63,028 bases of DNA, filler included, from Squatina squatina (GCA_031763465.1; 3 parts of 3 records of this genome joined end to end with filler, not necessarily neighbours in it), one strand, 5' to 3'; counted from the whole stretch's first letter, positions 1-14,028 are shown. The notes: generated from the sequence alone by a model not told the origin. Translations and numbers: made by a program.

Positions 1-569
1 AACTACTGTAGGTCATTCCCCCACTGTATTAACATTTAATAGAATGGACATAGATAAATAATTTTGACAACTACATTAATATTGCTACATTAAAATCTTC
101 AAAGTATGATGTTGCTTTGTGGAAAGTAGCATTAATTTGTTTTAGGTGAAATGGTATTTTAATTACTCCCATTGCCTTTACTTTTTACACGTCTGTACTA
201 GCAATTACATTAATTTAATAATTAATGACAGTATTACAAAACTCTTACAATAAATCAATAACTTTTTATTCATGTCACCATGTCATCTGTATGCAAAGCA
301 TTATTTGAAATAATGAGCAACATTGATTCTTTTTGTTGAACTGTCAAAACTAATGTCAACAGAAATATCATTGCCGTAGCCTTACCTCTTTATTCTTCTG
401 AACAAATAAAGATATACAGTACTATACTGTATGGACTGAAGAGATCAGGTAATTTGTAATATAGTCTACAGTTTAAATAGTTGTGTTTGTATTCATGCTT
501 GGAGGCTTAGGCATTGAGAAATTGGTTTAATTCATGCAAAGTTTTGTTTATTTGCTCTCCGATACATTC

Positions 570-696
570 GGGGCAATTTTAACCTAACCTGCCTGTCAAG
601 AAACTGACTTATCCTCCATGGGAGTAATATTGGGCGGGAATGTAAAACCAGCATTCCATGGGATCCCCGCCCACCGAGTTAGGTTAAAATTACCCT
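570..696. mobile_element. Short MITE with ~18-bp terminal inverted repeats (GGG-ended, PIF/Harbinger-like)
   Basis: gggcaattttaacctaac at 571 is the reverse complement (1 mismatch) of gttaggttaaaattaccc ending at 695; no coding capacity. Confidence 0.6.
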
Positions 697-699
697 CTA

Positions 700-865
700 T
701 GATTCTATAAACATTTTACCCTTAATCAACATCACTACAAAAGATTACCAGGACAGTTATCTTGTTTCTGTTTTGGGGAATTTGTTTTGTGCATATTATT
801 TTGCTGTGACATTACAATAGTGACGACATGTCAAAAGTACTTCATGGGCTGTGAAGCACTTTGAG
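700..865 (+). mobile_element. Degenerate DeuSINE/SacSINE1-type SINE fragment
   Basis: acattacaatagtgac...aaaagtacttcatgggctgtgaagcactttg matches the SINE body repeated at 6494 and 61209. Confidence 0.6.
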
Positions 866-866
866 T

Positions 867-970
867 AGGGTGACCAGATTTTAAATATTCAAATGTGGTA
901 CAATTCAAAAACAGGGGTACATGGGGACTACACATGCACAGTCAGGGCACCGTGGGGACTACACATGCAC
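867..970 (+). mobile_element. hAT (Blackjack-like) transposon end with a short internal tandem repeat, cut by a gap
   Basis: Starts TAGGGTGACCA, recalled as a hAT-Blackjack terminus; tggggactacacatgcac occurs twice. Confidence 0.45.
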
Positions 971-3900
971 NNNNNNNNNNNNNNNNNNNNNNNNNNNNNN
1001 NNNNNNNNNNNNNNNNNNNNNNNNNNNNNNNNNNNNNNNNNNNNNNNNNNNNNNNNNNNNNNNNNNNNNNCTTCCATGCTGTAACCATTCTATGATTCTA
1101 TCTTCAGCAGTGTAGTAGAGAACTTGACACACAAAACATCTTCAAGCTTTTTTTCCCCCCCAAAATAATGGAAATGTCAGCTCATCACCAGAATGGTTTG
1201 CCTTTAGTAGTATTTGCCAAAGTATTTCTTGGAATTTTAAAGTAACTATCAGTTGTCTCCATTTTAGGCAAAATGTGCATGCTGAAGCTTTTAGAATTCA
1301 TTCTACACTTTTAAACATTATCCCTCAAACTTCACAGACAGGAAACCGTGATGGTTAGCTGGAATTATGCTCGACCCTCCAACGCTCCCATTGTCTAAAA
1401 GTACCTCCTTACCTTTGTCTATACAGTTTGGATACTACATCCTTGTGGTGGTTACACTAGCCCAGCATATATGAAGGAATGAACCCTTCAAGAAATAGGA
1501 TATATTAGATGGAATCTTTTGTGGGGAAAAATTGCCTTTGCACTAGTATAGCTTCACAAGTTATTTTTAGTCTTAGGCTGTTTTATCATCAGCCTGTGTG
1601 TAAATTCATAGCAGGTGTGTGGCCAGGGAAGAATGAAAAGATCCTTCATATCATCACATAAGTTACATAAATAAGATATGCATTAATTTTTAAAATAATT
1701 ATTTTTAAATTCAGTTACCAAATGCAACAAGTCAAAGTCATCAGTGGGTTGATGCATCTTTCTACTGGTAAGGCTGACCATAACCACTCACGATCATTTC
1801 ATTCACGAGTTGTTCAGTTAGCCTCACTTAATTAATGCTTACCACCTTGTATTTTTTTTTAATACGACTGTTATTTTGATAAATTCTATTATAAAGCAAT
1901 ATTGGCACCCTCCAGCAATATGAGATGGTGTGATAACATTCTAACTAGAATCACTAATTTCTTCACCACTGTTGCCCTAAAACTGTCAAAGTTAGTCATT
2001 TTACTGCAGCCAGCTTTGTATCCAATTGTACAGAATTAAAGAGGAAACAGCACCTTTTCCTACTGATAAACATCTTGGAAAATTCATGATCACTTATCAT
2101 TTTTCATTGAATGGATTCACAAAGCTAAGAATGATTCGTGCCCATGCCTTGCTGATTGAAAAAATAGCCTCAGGGCTGAGGTAGAACATTAATTTTATAC
2201 TCAATCTCTGCCCTGGAGATTTTCAAGATGGCCAGTCACATATAGAGAAGGAAAATAAACATACTGGAGGATATTAATTAACTTTTAGTACTGATATTAA
2301 TTTTCATGAAAACTAGTCACACAATCTATGACAACGAATTGATTATTTTAATTTTGAAAAGTACCCGTGTTCCAGTTGAACAAGATGAAAGACAATGTGA
2401 TACTGAACTCCCCAGCACTGGACATATATACACACACACATGCTCATTTTTACAAAAGCTTCTGTGGTACAGTTATCATCTTAATTCAATTAATGAAAGA
2501 GGATTATTTGTATTGCAGTCTTTTTTGACCAATACTGTCGTGTGTAAACATTTGGAGTACATTGTGGAGAAAAATTGATTATGTGTCTGCCTTTTTCATT
2601 TGAGTGTTGTGGCATGTCAAATACTTTCGCTGAGCAGCAAAAGCCTAATAATATGAATCCAAGGGCTTTAAAAGAAATAAACACCAGCAGGAAATAAAGC
2701 AATTTAGATAAAGTGTACAACATTATAGGCTAGCTGGTCCCAACTTCTAAACAGACTTGTTACAACATGCCACAGATTATGCCTTATGATTCCACAATAG
2801 GAAAATGATCAAATGCTCTTATGTTAAAAACTTGACTTGCATTCATCCATTAGTGTTTGGGATTTATCCCTACTGAGCTGCAAAATCTGAATTGTCAATA
2901 TTAATTTTTCAATTCCATCATCCGCCCAGTGTTATTTACTTGCATCAACTACTTTTATCTGACAGATTATAATTATCCAGAAATTCATTACACTGACTGA
3001 TCTCAACAATATGTTCCATGGTGGCTTGGGGCTACAACTGTGGCCTAGTGATAAAACAAGAAATAAAGTAGTTTGGTGCCAGTACATTTTCCCATGTTGT
3101 CATTGAATCATGTTTAATAGCTTCCTTCATGGCAGTTTTACCAATTTACTTGCAATGACACCCCTTTCACCTCATGGTTCCAGATGCCCCAAAGCTTTGT
3201 GTGAATGACTTACTAACACATATGCTGTTTTTTAAAAAAAAAGCATTTTTCATTTCCCCAGTTCCCTTTTTGTAGGCTGTGTTGCAATTAATATTTACAG
3301 TTTATCATAATGCATAATAATGAGCAAACAGCCTCATTATACACCAGCTTTCATAAATGAATGACATTCTATTAGATTATGACTCATTAGTATTAATAAG
3401 TCCCTTATAATGAACTGCAAAATGGTGAAATCTATTGCCATTCCAATTAATGCTACAGTTTAAGTAGTGTGTTCATGGATAGATCCTCACAAGCCAAGTC
3501 TGTGTCAAAGTTGATTATTTAAAACCATGAGGATGTTACATTCAGGCTTACTTTTCATAGTAAGTTCTCACTGCTTTAAACTGGTCAGCAAATGTAAAGC
3601 TTAGTCTATAAACTGTCACGTGAAGCACGTATTTGATTCATTCAGATGATGTTGCAGAATAACAATGCTTCAGCGGGGTTTTGCTCGGTTAGGAGCATGG
3701 AACCTGCAGTCATACTGGTATAGTTACATAATTACACTGGAATTTGAGCTTTAAGCAGAAGTCACATATGTTTGCAAATGTTTATTGGGATCAGCAATAT
3801 TCTTAACATTTATTATTTTCAGCAATTTTTTTTAAAATCACATTTTAAATTACAACNNNNNNNNNNNNNNNNNNNNNNNNNNNNNNNNNNNNNNNNNNNN

Positions 3901-6493
3901 NNNNNNNNNNNNNNNNNNNNNNNNNNNNNNNNNNNNNNNNNNNNNNNNNNNNNNNNTTTTTTTTATAAAACAAAAATATTTCATGTTGGAAAAGAAACCT
4001 TGCATTGTGTCTTTTATGTCCCTAAATCTGGGTTAAAATATGTTGGGGAACATTTATTACCTTATTCTGTGTCCTTTATTGCTTTGTATGTTGGAATTCC
4101 TTTGTTTATTGCTTAATTAGATTTTGCTTAAAGCTCTGTTAAATATTGAATATATTGCGACAGCACCGTATGATAGAAAGCTCCACGAGTGAGGCTGATC
4201 AAATAACTTGATTGGTAACATAGTCCACATGTAGTTATAGTTACCCAGCAGTAGAAGTATTTATCATATCTAATACAGGCAATTATTGAATATCACACTT
4301 GCTCAATAGGCAGAGCCAACTGAATAATATTCGAGTGATATAGTCTCAAGTACATTATAACAGAAAATCTGCTTGTTTGATAAATATCTTCCCTGATCTA
4401 GATGGCTAATGTCTAAAATGTTAGAAAACAATTTATAACAGTATATAAACAAAGCAGATGTTCTGGCGGATTGATATAATGCAGTTGTAAAAGATCATGA
4501 TGAGTGTCTCAACTTTTTGCAGCGCATTCATTGGTAGCAATGTTTGCTCTGCAGCAAGTGGTTCACTATAGCATATAGCCATTTTGGAAACAGCTGTTCG
4601 CGTTTACGTTGGTAGTGCAATTGTTACAGTCTTGAAAAAGGAGGGAAATTTCAGTGAAAGTTGTATCTCCTGTCTAATAGGCTGAACAATACAACTTATT
4701 GGTTTCATTCAGTATTTCAACTTTTCATCTTTCTCTATCAGTGTTGCTGTTGTCAATTCAAGAGAATCACAGTAGTTGAAATATACTAAAACTTTTATTA
4801 AAAGATTTAAATATTTGATGACCATATGATTGCGTTTGAAGGATATAAGGACAAGTATAGAAATAGATTAGTGTGTCTATACCTGTATGGAATACTACAG
4901 CACCTGTGTTCTGGGAGCAAGAAAACATTGTCTTATGGAATATAACCACTCAAACCTGGACTATGTTAAATAAAATGTTGCTTATCTTTGAGAATCAGGG
5001 AGAAATTTTAGTTCTATCGTCTTGAAAGTTTTATTTAATCTTTTCTTCACCTCTCGCAGTTAATTGGAGACAGCCCATGGCAGTATGGATTATACATGGT
5101 CTCTTGGAAACCGTAGACTTGATGGTTTGAATGTTTTTATTTTTCAGTCTATACATAGGTTGGAGTATTACCAACTGCTGTCTATTTAACACTGTGCTCT
5201 CCTTCTGGCAAATGGTAGCTGGTGATTATTTTAACTTCTGCCAAGTTAAATATGTTAACAATGGTATTAGGTCATGGGAAAGATCACTTAATAATTATGC
5301 TATTGTGGTTGTCTTCTCTACTCTTCGCCTTGTGTGCTTTGTGAGAGGTGAATTGCCTTTGTGTAAGAGAGGTGATTAGAGATGTGGAGGAAAATACTGT
5401 AATCTCACCATTTGGTGCTAGATGGTCTTGTTCTCTAAGTAGATTATTTGTTCTACTAAATCATCATAGTTTCTCACATTCTTAAGATCTCAGACAAGAA
5501 TCTTTCCAGTTTGTCTTGAACACTTGGCATTCCTAAAGAATCATTATAATAACTGACTTTCTGTATCTTTTATAAATGTATATAAATTATAATTTATAAT
5601 CTGATGTAGCAGTACCCTGTTGCACCTTGGGATATGTCATAAATGGGATCAACAATCCTACACAAAACTGGATATTTGGAAGACAGGTGTTTTCTACTGT
5701 GTTTATATTAAAAAAAATCCAAATTATAGCAAATAAAGGTAATTGATATATCTAACAAACATTTTTTGAATCTTCTCTTGGAATAATCTCGTATAATATT
5801 TTAATCCCAGGAAAAAGATATTTGATAGATCCTTTTGTTGGTGACTGTTTTGGTGCTGTCCATGGTTCCAAATGTAGCCCGCCTCTCTCAAATCTGGCAT
5901 TCCAGTGTAGCACACATACAATTTATTATGGATCAAGTGAAGCCATTTGTCAGTGTATAAAAGATCCCAGTGCTCTGATCAGTTAGTGGAAACCTAGGCA
6001 ATGTTATGGCTCCGTCTCTGTCTGGTTGTCTCCTCTCATATCCTTAGCACTCACTTAGGGAGAGTCAGAATGACAAAACTGTACATTTGTTTACAGATTT
6101 AAAATAATTGACATCTCTCTGCAGAATCTACTATAGACATTAACATTGTTGAAATGTTAGATGTGAATAGGTTAGCATTATAGGTTAACAAATCATGCAC
6201 CAAATATTAATAATGCAAGGATTAATGCATCTTACCTTAGCTATTTCATTTAAATAGATGAAAAGGATATTTCAGTGACACCTGTCCACTTAAAAGCACT
6301 ATACAAATTTTTAAATGCAAATATAATGCACCCTTTCCTGAGAAAACTGTTTCCTTAAATATTTTTTAATGAACCTAATTGGAGAATTGATTTNNNNNNN
6401 NNNNNNNNNNNNNNNNNNNNNNNNNNNNNNNNNNNNNNNNNNNNNNNNNNNNNNNNNNNNNNNNNNNNNNNNNNNNNNNNNNNNNNNNNNNNN

Positions 6494-6755
6494 ATCCCAT
6501 GGCACTATTTTGTAGAAGAGCAGGGGAGTTATCCCCAGTGGCCTGGCCAATATTTATCCCTGAATCAACATCACTAAAATAGATTATCTGGTCATGATTG
6601 CATTGCTGTTTATGGGAGTTTCCTGTGCACAAATTAGCTGCTGTATTTCCTACATTACAACTGTGATTACACAAAAAATACTTAATTGGTTGTAAAGTGC
6701 TTTGGGATATCCTGTGATTGTGAAAGGCGCTATATAAATGCAAGTCTTTTTCTTT
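6494..6755 (+). mobile_element. DeuSINE/SacSINE1-type SINE, 3' half
   Basis: Deu-domain-like body plus tail gtgaaaggcgctatataaatgcaagtctttttcttt. Confidence 0.8.
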
Positions 6756-7627
6756 GAACACTTCATTTTGGTTGTGCAAGTACTCAATTGATTTGTACAG
6801 TTTTTACAACAAATTTGTGTATATCTGGGAAAAAAAATCAATTAAGATTTCCACTGGCATATCTAGCTGGAGGTCTAGACCACAAAATACTAAATGCAGT
6901 GATTTCCCCACAGACGTATGAATTTTTCAATTCAACATAGGTCATTTATGTGGCTCAAAGACAGCTCCAGAATGTTAATGGCTTTGATGGAAAGCACAGT
7001 ATTCTAATGTAACATTTTATATTAACAGCTATTATTTTTAAATTTACATAAATTTGTGGGGTTTTTTGAGCCAGATCCAGTATGGGGTTGCAGGAGAGTT
7101 GAAGCCCTGTTCATCTTAGATTAAGTTTACCCAAAACATTGTGCTGCTGAGGGTCTGATTTTGTTTACTATTGGGTTTATTCTGCCTCCTTCTAACATGA
7201 CTTAAGACTTTGTTTTAATGGAGGTGAATTAGTAAAACTACTTTTGGCACATGATTGCTTTTGCAAGCAGCCATATTTGAATTCTAACCCCCCAGGGTAT
7301 AATAAAGATGTATTGCTATCATCCATTTTGCCCAGGTGGACGACAAAACCACATCAAAAAATTGCTTACTATGTATTACATACCCAGTAATAATCTTGTG
7401 CCACTGTAGTTGTCCTAAATTATATTCCTTTCATACAAAAGTAACTCAAAAACTGTACACACCAAGATGAGGTTTCCAAGATGTACACCAAAACGTACAC
7501 TTGAATAGTTGATGAATTATATTTACCAGTATTGAAATTATGTTTAGTTTTAAAGTCTGAATTGATAATTTTATTAAGATAGCAGGAGAAAGGCAGAATG
7601 TTCTTGCCTCGTCCTGAATGAATACAC

Positions 7628-8720
7628 TGGGCTTGAAATTGATGGGCGCCACGCTGAAAACGCGCAGGAGTTGGGAGCCGGCATTTCTCGCCGGCACCCG
7701 TNNNNNNNNNNNNNNNNNNNNNNNNNNNNNNNNNNNNNNNNNNNNNNNNNNNNNNNNNNNNNNNNNNNNNNNNNNNNNNNNNNNNNNNNNNNNNNNNNNN
7801 NNNNNNNNNNNNNNNNNNNNNNNNNNNNNNNNNNNNNNNNNNNNNNNNNNNNNNNNNNNNNNNNNNNNNNNNNNNNNNNNNNNNNNNNNNNNNNNNNNNN
7901 NNNNNNNNNNNNNNNNNNNNNNNNNNNNNNNNNNNNNNNNNNNNNNNNNNNNNNNNNNNNNNNNNNNNNNNNNNNNNNNNNNNNNNNNNNNNNNNNNNNN
8001 NNNNNNNNNNNNNNNNNNNNNNNNNNNNNNNNNNNNNNNNNNNNNNNNNNNNNNNNNNNNNNNNNNNNNNNNNNNNNNNNNNNNNNNNNNNNNNNNNNNN
8101 NNNNNNNNNNNNNNNNNNNNNNNNNNNNNNNNNNNNNNNNNNNNNNNNNNNNNNNNNNNNNNNNNNNNNNNNNNNNNNNNNNNNNNNNNNNNNNNNNNNN
8201 NNNNNNNNNNNNNNNNNNNNNNNNNNNNNNNNNNNNNNNNNNNNNNNNNNNNNNNNNNNNNNNNNNNNNNNNNNNNNNNNNNNNNNNNNNNNNNNNNNNN
8301 NNNNNNNNNNNNNNNNNNNNNNNNNNNNNNNNNNNNNNNNNNNNNNNNNNNNNNNNNNNNNNNNNNNNNNNNNNNNNNNNNNNNNNNNNNNNNNNNNNNN
8401 NNNNNNNNNNNNNNNNNNNNNNNNNNNNNNNNNNNNNNNNNNNNNNNNNNNNNNNNNNNNNNNNNNNNNNNNNNNNNNNNNNNNNNNNNNNNNNNNNNNN
8501 NNNNNNNNNNNNNNNNNNNNNNNNNNNNNNNNNNNNNNNNNNNNNNAAAATTAAAATTAGTTTTTTAGGCCCTTAACCTTTGTTCAGCCGTCAATACACT
8601 GTTAAATTCCCAGTTACACCTAATCCCTTTGGGCCTAACCTTTAGTGGGGAATTTAACAGCGTACTCACTGCGGAAGAGCCGACATTTTCGTCAAGTTAC
8701 CCTGATTTGGGTGATTACAC
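7628..8720. mobile_element. GC-rich non-autonomous DNA transposon (Harbinger-like) spanning a gap
   Basis: Begins gggcttgaaattg; CpG-rich against AT-rich flanks; similar termini at 36885 and 42079; interior mostly N, so the two sides may not belong together. Confidence 0.4.
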
Positions 8721-11170
8721 AGATTGCTGGCTCTGTGGGGATGGGGTGGGGGGCACAGTGCAGCCTGTGTTGGAGCGNNNNNNNNNNGGACCATTGTATC
8801 TTCTCAAGCAAAGATGGAGTGTCATCTGAAAACAACAGGTAATAACAAATAATTAAATAAATAAAATCTCCACTGACCTTTCCATGGTGTGCCTTTTCAT
8901 GTCTTGCTATGCGAAGCAGTCAGCAGTAAAAAATGGAAACTATTCATAAAGTTTAAGTAGTGCTAAATGGAAAGGTACCCTATTGTGCAAGAAAATGCTT
9001 AACATAAATTAAGATGTAATTAACATTTGCATAATGATATAGACTTCCTACTGCTTGTAGTGCTAATTAGCAAATGACAAATGAGTAAGCATTAATATTT
9101 CATTAAGATCTAAGAAAGATTTACAATGAAAANNNNNNNNNNNNNNNNNNNNNNNNNNNNNNNNNNNNNNNNNNNNNNNNNNNNNNNNNNNNNNNNNNNN
9201 NNNNNNNNNNNNNNNNNNNNNNNNNNNNNNNNCCAAATCTCAGGTGAGGAGGGTTAATTGGGAGTTTTATTTTGCTGTGCTGGATTAAGTTGCTTAACTG
9301 TCTTAAAAGGACCAGCCAAATTTTGGACTAAGATTTGTGTCATTTTAGATCTTTTGTGTTTATCTGTTGTACAAGTTGAGAGGATACAACCTTAATCAGA
9401 AAAATAAATGTAGTACAACTGCTAAACTCCTTAGAAGGGATGTTTTAATTTTAAATGCTGTAAATTAACCCCTCCCCTTTTTTATCTCCGTATAACATAT
9501 CCATTACGTGATCAATGGAGATCAAACGCAATAGCTCAGTGATTTATATGCTGGGGAATGTTTACCATGGGCAAATTAAGCAAATGAGTAATATATGTAT
9601 AATAACGTAATGTGTTGCTGGTTTGCAGCAGTTTCTACCTCTGTTTCTATTGTCACTGCTCTGATTTATTTTCCGACCTTCAGTTTTAGTTTGCTTTGCC
9701 ACACTGTAGTACTGACTAACATAAATTTAGACATATTTAGACATGACCATTTTTCATCTTTGTGCCTATTTCACAAGCTCGGGTTGCATAACCTAAACAG
9801 CACGCTGTGCTGATGTACTCAGCGTGATTTCATTTCATCCATGGTGGTAAAATGTGGAGAAATGATTTCTAAGGTTTAATATGGGTCTGTCAAGATGTCA
9901 TACAAATATCTCAGTAACTACTGATTATAGTGTCATAAAACATCCACATGATTGGCTGTGATGTGTTAGCTACAATGGAGTATGTCACTCTAGTCAAATG
10001 CANNNNNNNNNNNNNNNNNNNNNNNNNNNNNNNNNNNNNNNNNNNNNNNNNNNNNNNNNNNNNNNNNNNNNNNNNNNNNNNNNNNNNNNNNNNNNNNNNN
10101 NNTGACTTGTGCTTATGATTTTTAAAAATAATTTAAACCACATTATGGATGCAATGATGCAAGATGGCTCACTACCTTGAAGGTTTTTTTGGGACTACTT
10201 TGATAAATACTTTTATCCTTTGGGTCCCATTCCATTAATATCTGCATGTAGAAGATGACTAATTTTGCGCTTAAGTCATCAAACTAGATGGATAAATTAC
10301 AATTTATTTTTACTATTTCTTTTAGAATACGGGAGTATACTTTAATTCATGTGACATCTTGGTAAAGTTATCCCAAAACTACTGTGATACTGAATGATAA
10401 TAAATTACAATAGTTTTGCAAATCATACTATTTTCATGTTTAGTGCAGGTTAAATAGCTAATTTGCAAACTAATCATTTCCCTTATTTCAAATGCACTTT
10501 AATTGCAATTTGTTTAACACTCGATGATGTGAATTTATTAGTGTGCATATTTTGGTCTCCTTTGTCCTTTTTAATAATTGGGTTTAATTGGTGATTTTAT
10601 ACTTGGGCAGTAATGCATTATGCCTACAATTAATTAGCAGTGCTGATACAACTTAATGGCATTTTGTATTTGTAATGACAGTTAAAAATAATACAATTTC
10701 ACAACAGAACAATTCCACTGCAAAGATTTTGGAGTGAGTGTATTACCAGAATTCAATGTTCTTCTGCATGCAAGTTATGTTTACCCAACAATAATTGCTA
10801 ATATATATGAGAGCAAGTGAGAGATGCACCTAATAAATTGTAACCCAATTCTTCACTAGTTAAGCACTAAAGTTTTGTTTGCTTTGCCCTAGTTCACTAA
10901 CTAAATCATGATGGCTTGTTTTGTTGGCCTAGTTTGTTATATATTCTTGGCACTTTATGTATTTCATTTAATTATGTCAGTTACATACCTAAGGTGCACT
11001 TCAGAAAGATGATATACTTCAGGAATCCCATGAGCAAGCATCACTGACAACTCTGACAGAGAAGGGAGCAATTTTACAGAGGCAATTTGGGCCAGCATTT
11101 TTTTTGACTTGTACGTCTCTTTGGGCCTTTGAGGATATTAACATATTATAATACTTTAAGTAAGACAATT

Positions 11171-12023
11171 GGGGAGCCCAATTGGTCTCAAAGTTGGTGC
11201 TAATCGGGCACAAAAATGGCGTTGGGGCTCTTAATGCCCACTGATGCCGATAAGTGCAAGTGTAGGGGAAATGGACTCGGCCGTACGCCGGCGCCAATCT
11301 GGCGTTGGAGGTTCGGTGACGCTGGCGGCATCAGCCTGTGCAACGCTGAGTGTGCGCAAGTATTAGTAAATTGGTCAGCGTCCCCAATGTAAAAAGGGGG
11401 CATTGCCAATGCCAGGACATTTCGTTGGTGACATCGTGGATGAGTGGTGAGATGGTGCTATTTAAAGGGGGCTGGATGTCGGCCATTTTAAGTTGCTAAC
11501 TTTTACCTGCAGTAGGTGAGAGCAGGCAAGTTCACCTACTCAGGCAGAACGCTCGATTTACCTCACAGGACCTTGGTCTTTGCACTGCAGGTGGTAATTT
11601 GAATATGGGCGAGAGGGCATTTGTTTCAATGGTTGCTGCTCTGGCTATTGATCTGGAGCTTCACCGTCATCACATGATCTATCTGCAAAGAAGACGTAGG
11701 CATCGGCAGCAATGTAGGGAGATGAGGCGCCTGCAGAATGCTTTAAGGGCTGAAGAGCGAGAGGGACAGGCACAGGGAAATGGGCAAGGAAAAGCTGCTA
11801 AGTCAGAAGCACATGACCCTGCGCACCAACATGCAGCACAGGATGCAGGCAATGCTACAGGGAGGCAATAGGAGGCCATATGCTCTCAGAGTTTTCAGGA
11901 CACATTTCACTTATCTCCAGATGAGCAATGTGTTCAAAGACTGCGCTCAGGAAAGACGTCATCAATGAGCTATGCCAAGTACTGCAAGCTGACCTACAAC
12001 CTCACAGCAGGGCATCAACAGGC
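11171..12023 (+). mobile_element. PIF/Harbinger transposon remnant: 5' end plus frameshifted HARBI1-like transposase N-terminus
   Basis: Terminus ggggagcccaattgg; peptide RRPYALRVFRTHFTYLQMS / CVQRLR / RKDVINELCQVLQADLQPHSRAST resembles the Harbinger transposase N-terminus. Confidence 0.7.
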
Positions 12024-12083
12024 CTGATGAGGAAAAACTTTTTCACCCAGAGAGTGGTGAACCTGTGGAATTCTCTCCCACAG
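12024..12083 (+). mobile_element. CR1 LINE ORF2 C-terminal fragment
   Basis: MRKNFFTQRVVNLWNSLPQ. Confidence 0.8.
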
Positions 12084-13942
12084 NNNNNNNNNNNNNNNNN
12101 NNNNNNNNNNNNNNNNNNNNNNNNNNNNNNNNNNNNNNNNNNNNNNNNNNNNNNNNNNNNNNNNNNNNNNNNNNNNNNNNNNNTGTGGTTTGCATCATCA
12201 ATTGTTTAAGTTTTCTGTTGATATCATCTGCTTCTGAGTTGTTGCCTCAATGTGAAGTCTGGGAACACATGAGGATAAACATATGACCTTGTTGGTGGGA
12301 AATTATCCATCCCATGTAACGGACAAAACTCAAAGATTCTCCATTTATTTTGCAATGTTGTGGTACTGTTTGTTCAATGTACCCATCAACTTGCCCAAGA
12401 AGCTTATTTCTTTATTGTCCCTTCAAAATGTACTTGTTTCACATCTGGACTATTAACTGCCTTATTTTGATTACACCCAATATAAAGTAATAGTTGCTTT
12501 AAAGTATATTAATGGTAATCAATGGGACCTGTATGAGTTGTCAACTGTGAGGCTGAAGCTCAAGCAGTTTCTGCAAGTCACCCTTAATTGAGTTGCCCAG
12601 AACTCGCTCCAGAGCAATTCTTACTTTATGTAGTATTTTATCCATATATTGCCATGCCACTTACGGTGCTGTGAGGTTAAGTCAGGTTGGGGTCTGTTCA
12701 GTAAAAGTGAGTTCAAATCATATGACAAGATGAGGAACTCTACAGCAGCTGGAACGGAAGTCTGTATATCGCATCTGGTGAGCTATAACGGCCAGTGTTG
12801 CAGGAATGTTTTTGCTGTACTGTTATGAAACATTATTTGTAAAAGCAGTAGATGCTGTATTATACTAACAGTTTGTGCATTTTAGCACATTTGATAAGAC
12901 TTTACATAAACCAGCTGAGTCAGTCATATCCCTTTGAGCAACCGCTATTGATATAGCAGGTTACATACAATGTATTAATAATACCTTTTTAGTCTGCCTG
13001 CTGCCGGAGCCTCCAATATACAGTCACTCCAGGAACTTTTTGGATATTGTATTTAACAGTGATACTATAAAGGAATTTCAATTCTGTCATTCCTATGAAA
13101 TGGATCATTGTACTACCGTACTTCAGACAGATGATTAATATCTTCCACGGTTCAAGTTTTCTTTCTCTGAACTTTCTCCACAGGTAATTGAAAGACTATT
13201 CAATGCAAAAAAAAATTGAGTTGGTAATCGAAAATTCCATTTAAGAGAAAGCATGCTGACTAACCCAAAAAATAATTCGTGAACAGACCAGAACTCATTT
13301 TGTGCTAAATTTAAAGGCTAATGCTTTGTATGTAGGCTTGCTAATATGTTATTGATTTTAAATATACTGAAGATTAAGTTTAAATTTTTTACTTGCCTGT
13401 ATGATTCAGAAATGAAGGTCAGAAGGGATTCAAGTAGCTCAGTGATTCTTTACTCATCAGTTGTTTTGAGGTCTGACCTTCTGTTAAGCTCTTTTCAGCT
13501 TAACTCTGGACATTAGTGTGATGAAATATGGATGAATTCATAAATTGAAACCTGGCTGACAGGAAACAAGAAATTGACCTCCTTTAACTTGAATGAAACA
13601 ATTTAAGTTATTAGGAGAATACATACCCTTACAACACTGGGAAAGTGTTTTTGCCTATGTTTTTAGTTTTTTTATTGCAGTTGTTCTTCAGTTACATTCA
13701 CAAATTGTTTCTACAGTATATGGCATATATTGTGCAATGTACAGTATACAATGTACTAGAGAGCGAGCCTTGAAGAATAGCTTTCAGATCTGGTACATGA
13801 TATTGGTATCTTGGCAAAGCTGCCTGTTACATTAATGTTTACNNNNNNNNNNNNNNNNNNNNNNNNNNNNNNNNNNNNNNNNNNNNNNNNNNNNNNNNNN
13901 NNNNNNNNNNNNNNNNNNNNNNNNNNNNNNNNNNNNNNNNNN

Positions 13943-14028
13943 CGTGTCATCCGCAAACGTGGAGATGTTGCATTCAATTCCCTCTTCCAAATCATTAATA
14001 TATATTGTAAATAACTGGGGTCCCAGGA
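13943..14028 (-). mobile_element. CR1 LINE reverse transcriptase fragment
   Basis: [28 protein letters not shown] (FADD motif). Confidence 0.85.

Noticed and set aside
7618-8576. 300-aa ORFs and other X-containing ORFs
   Set aside because: They read through N gaps
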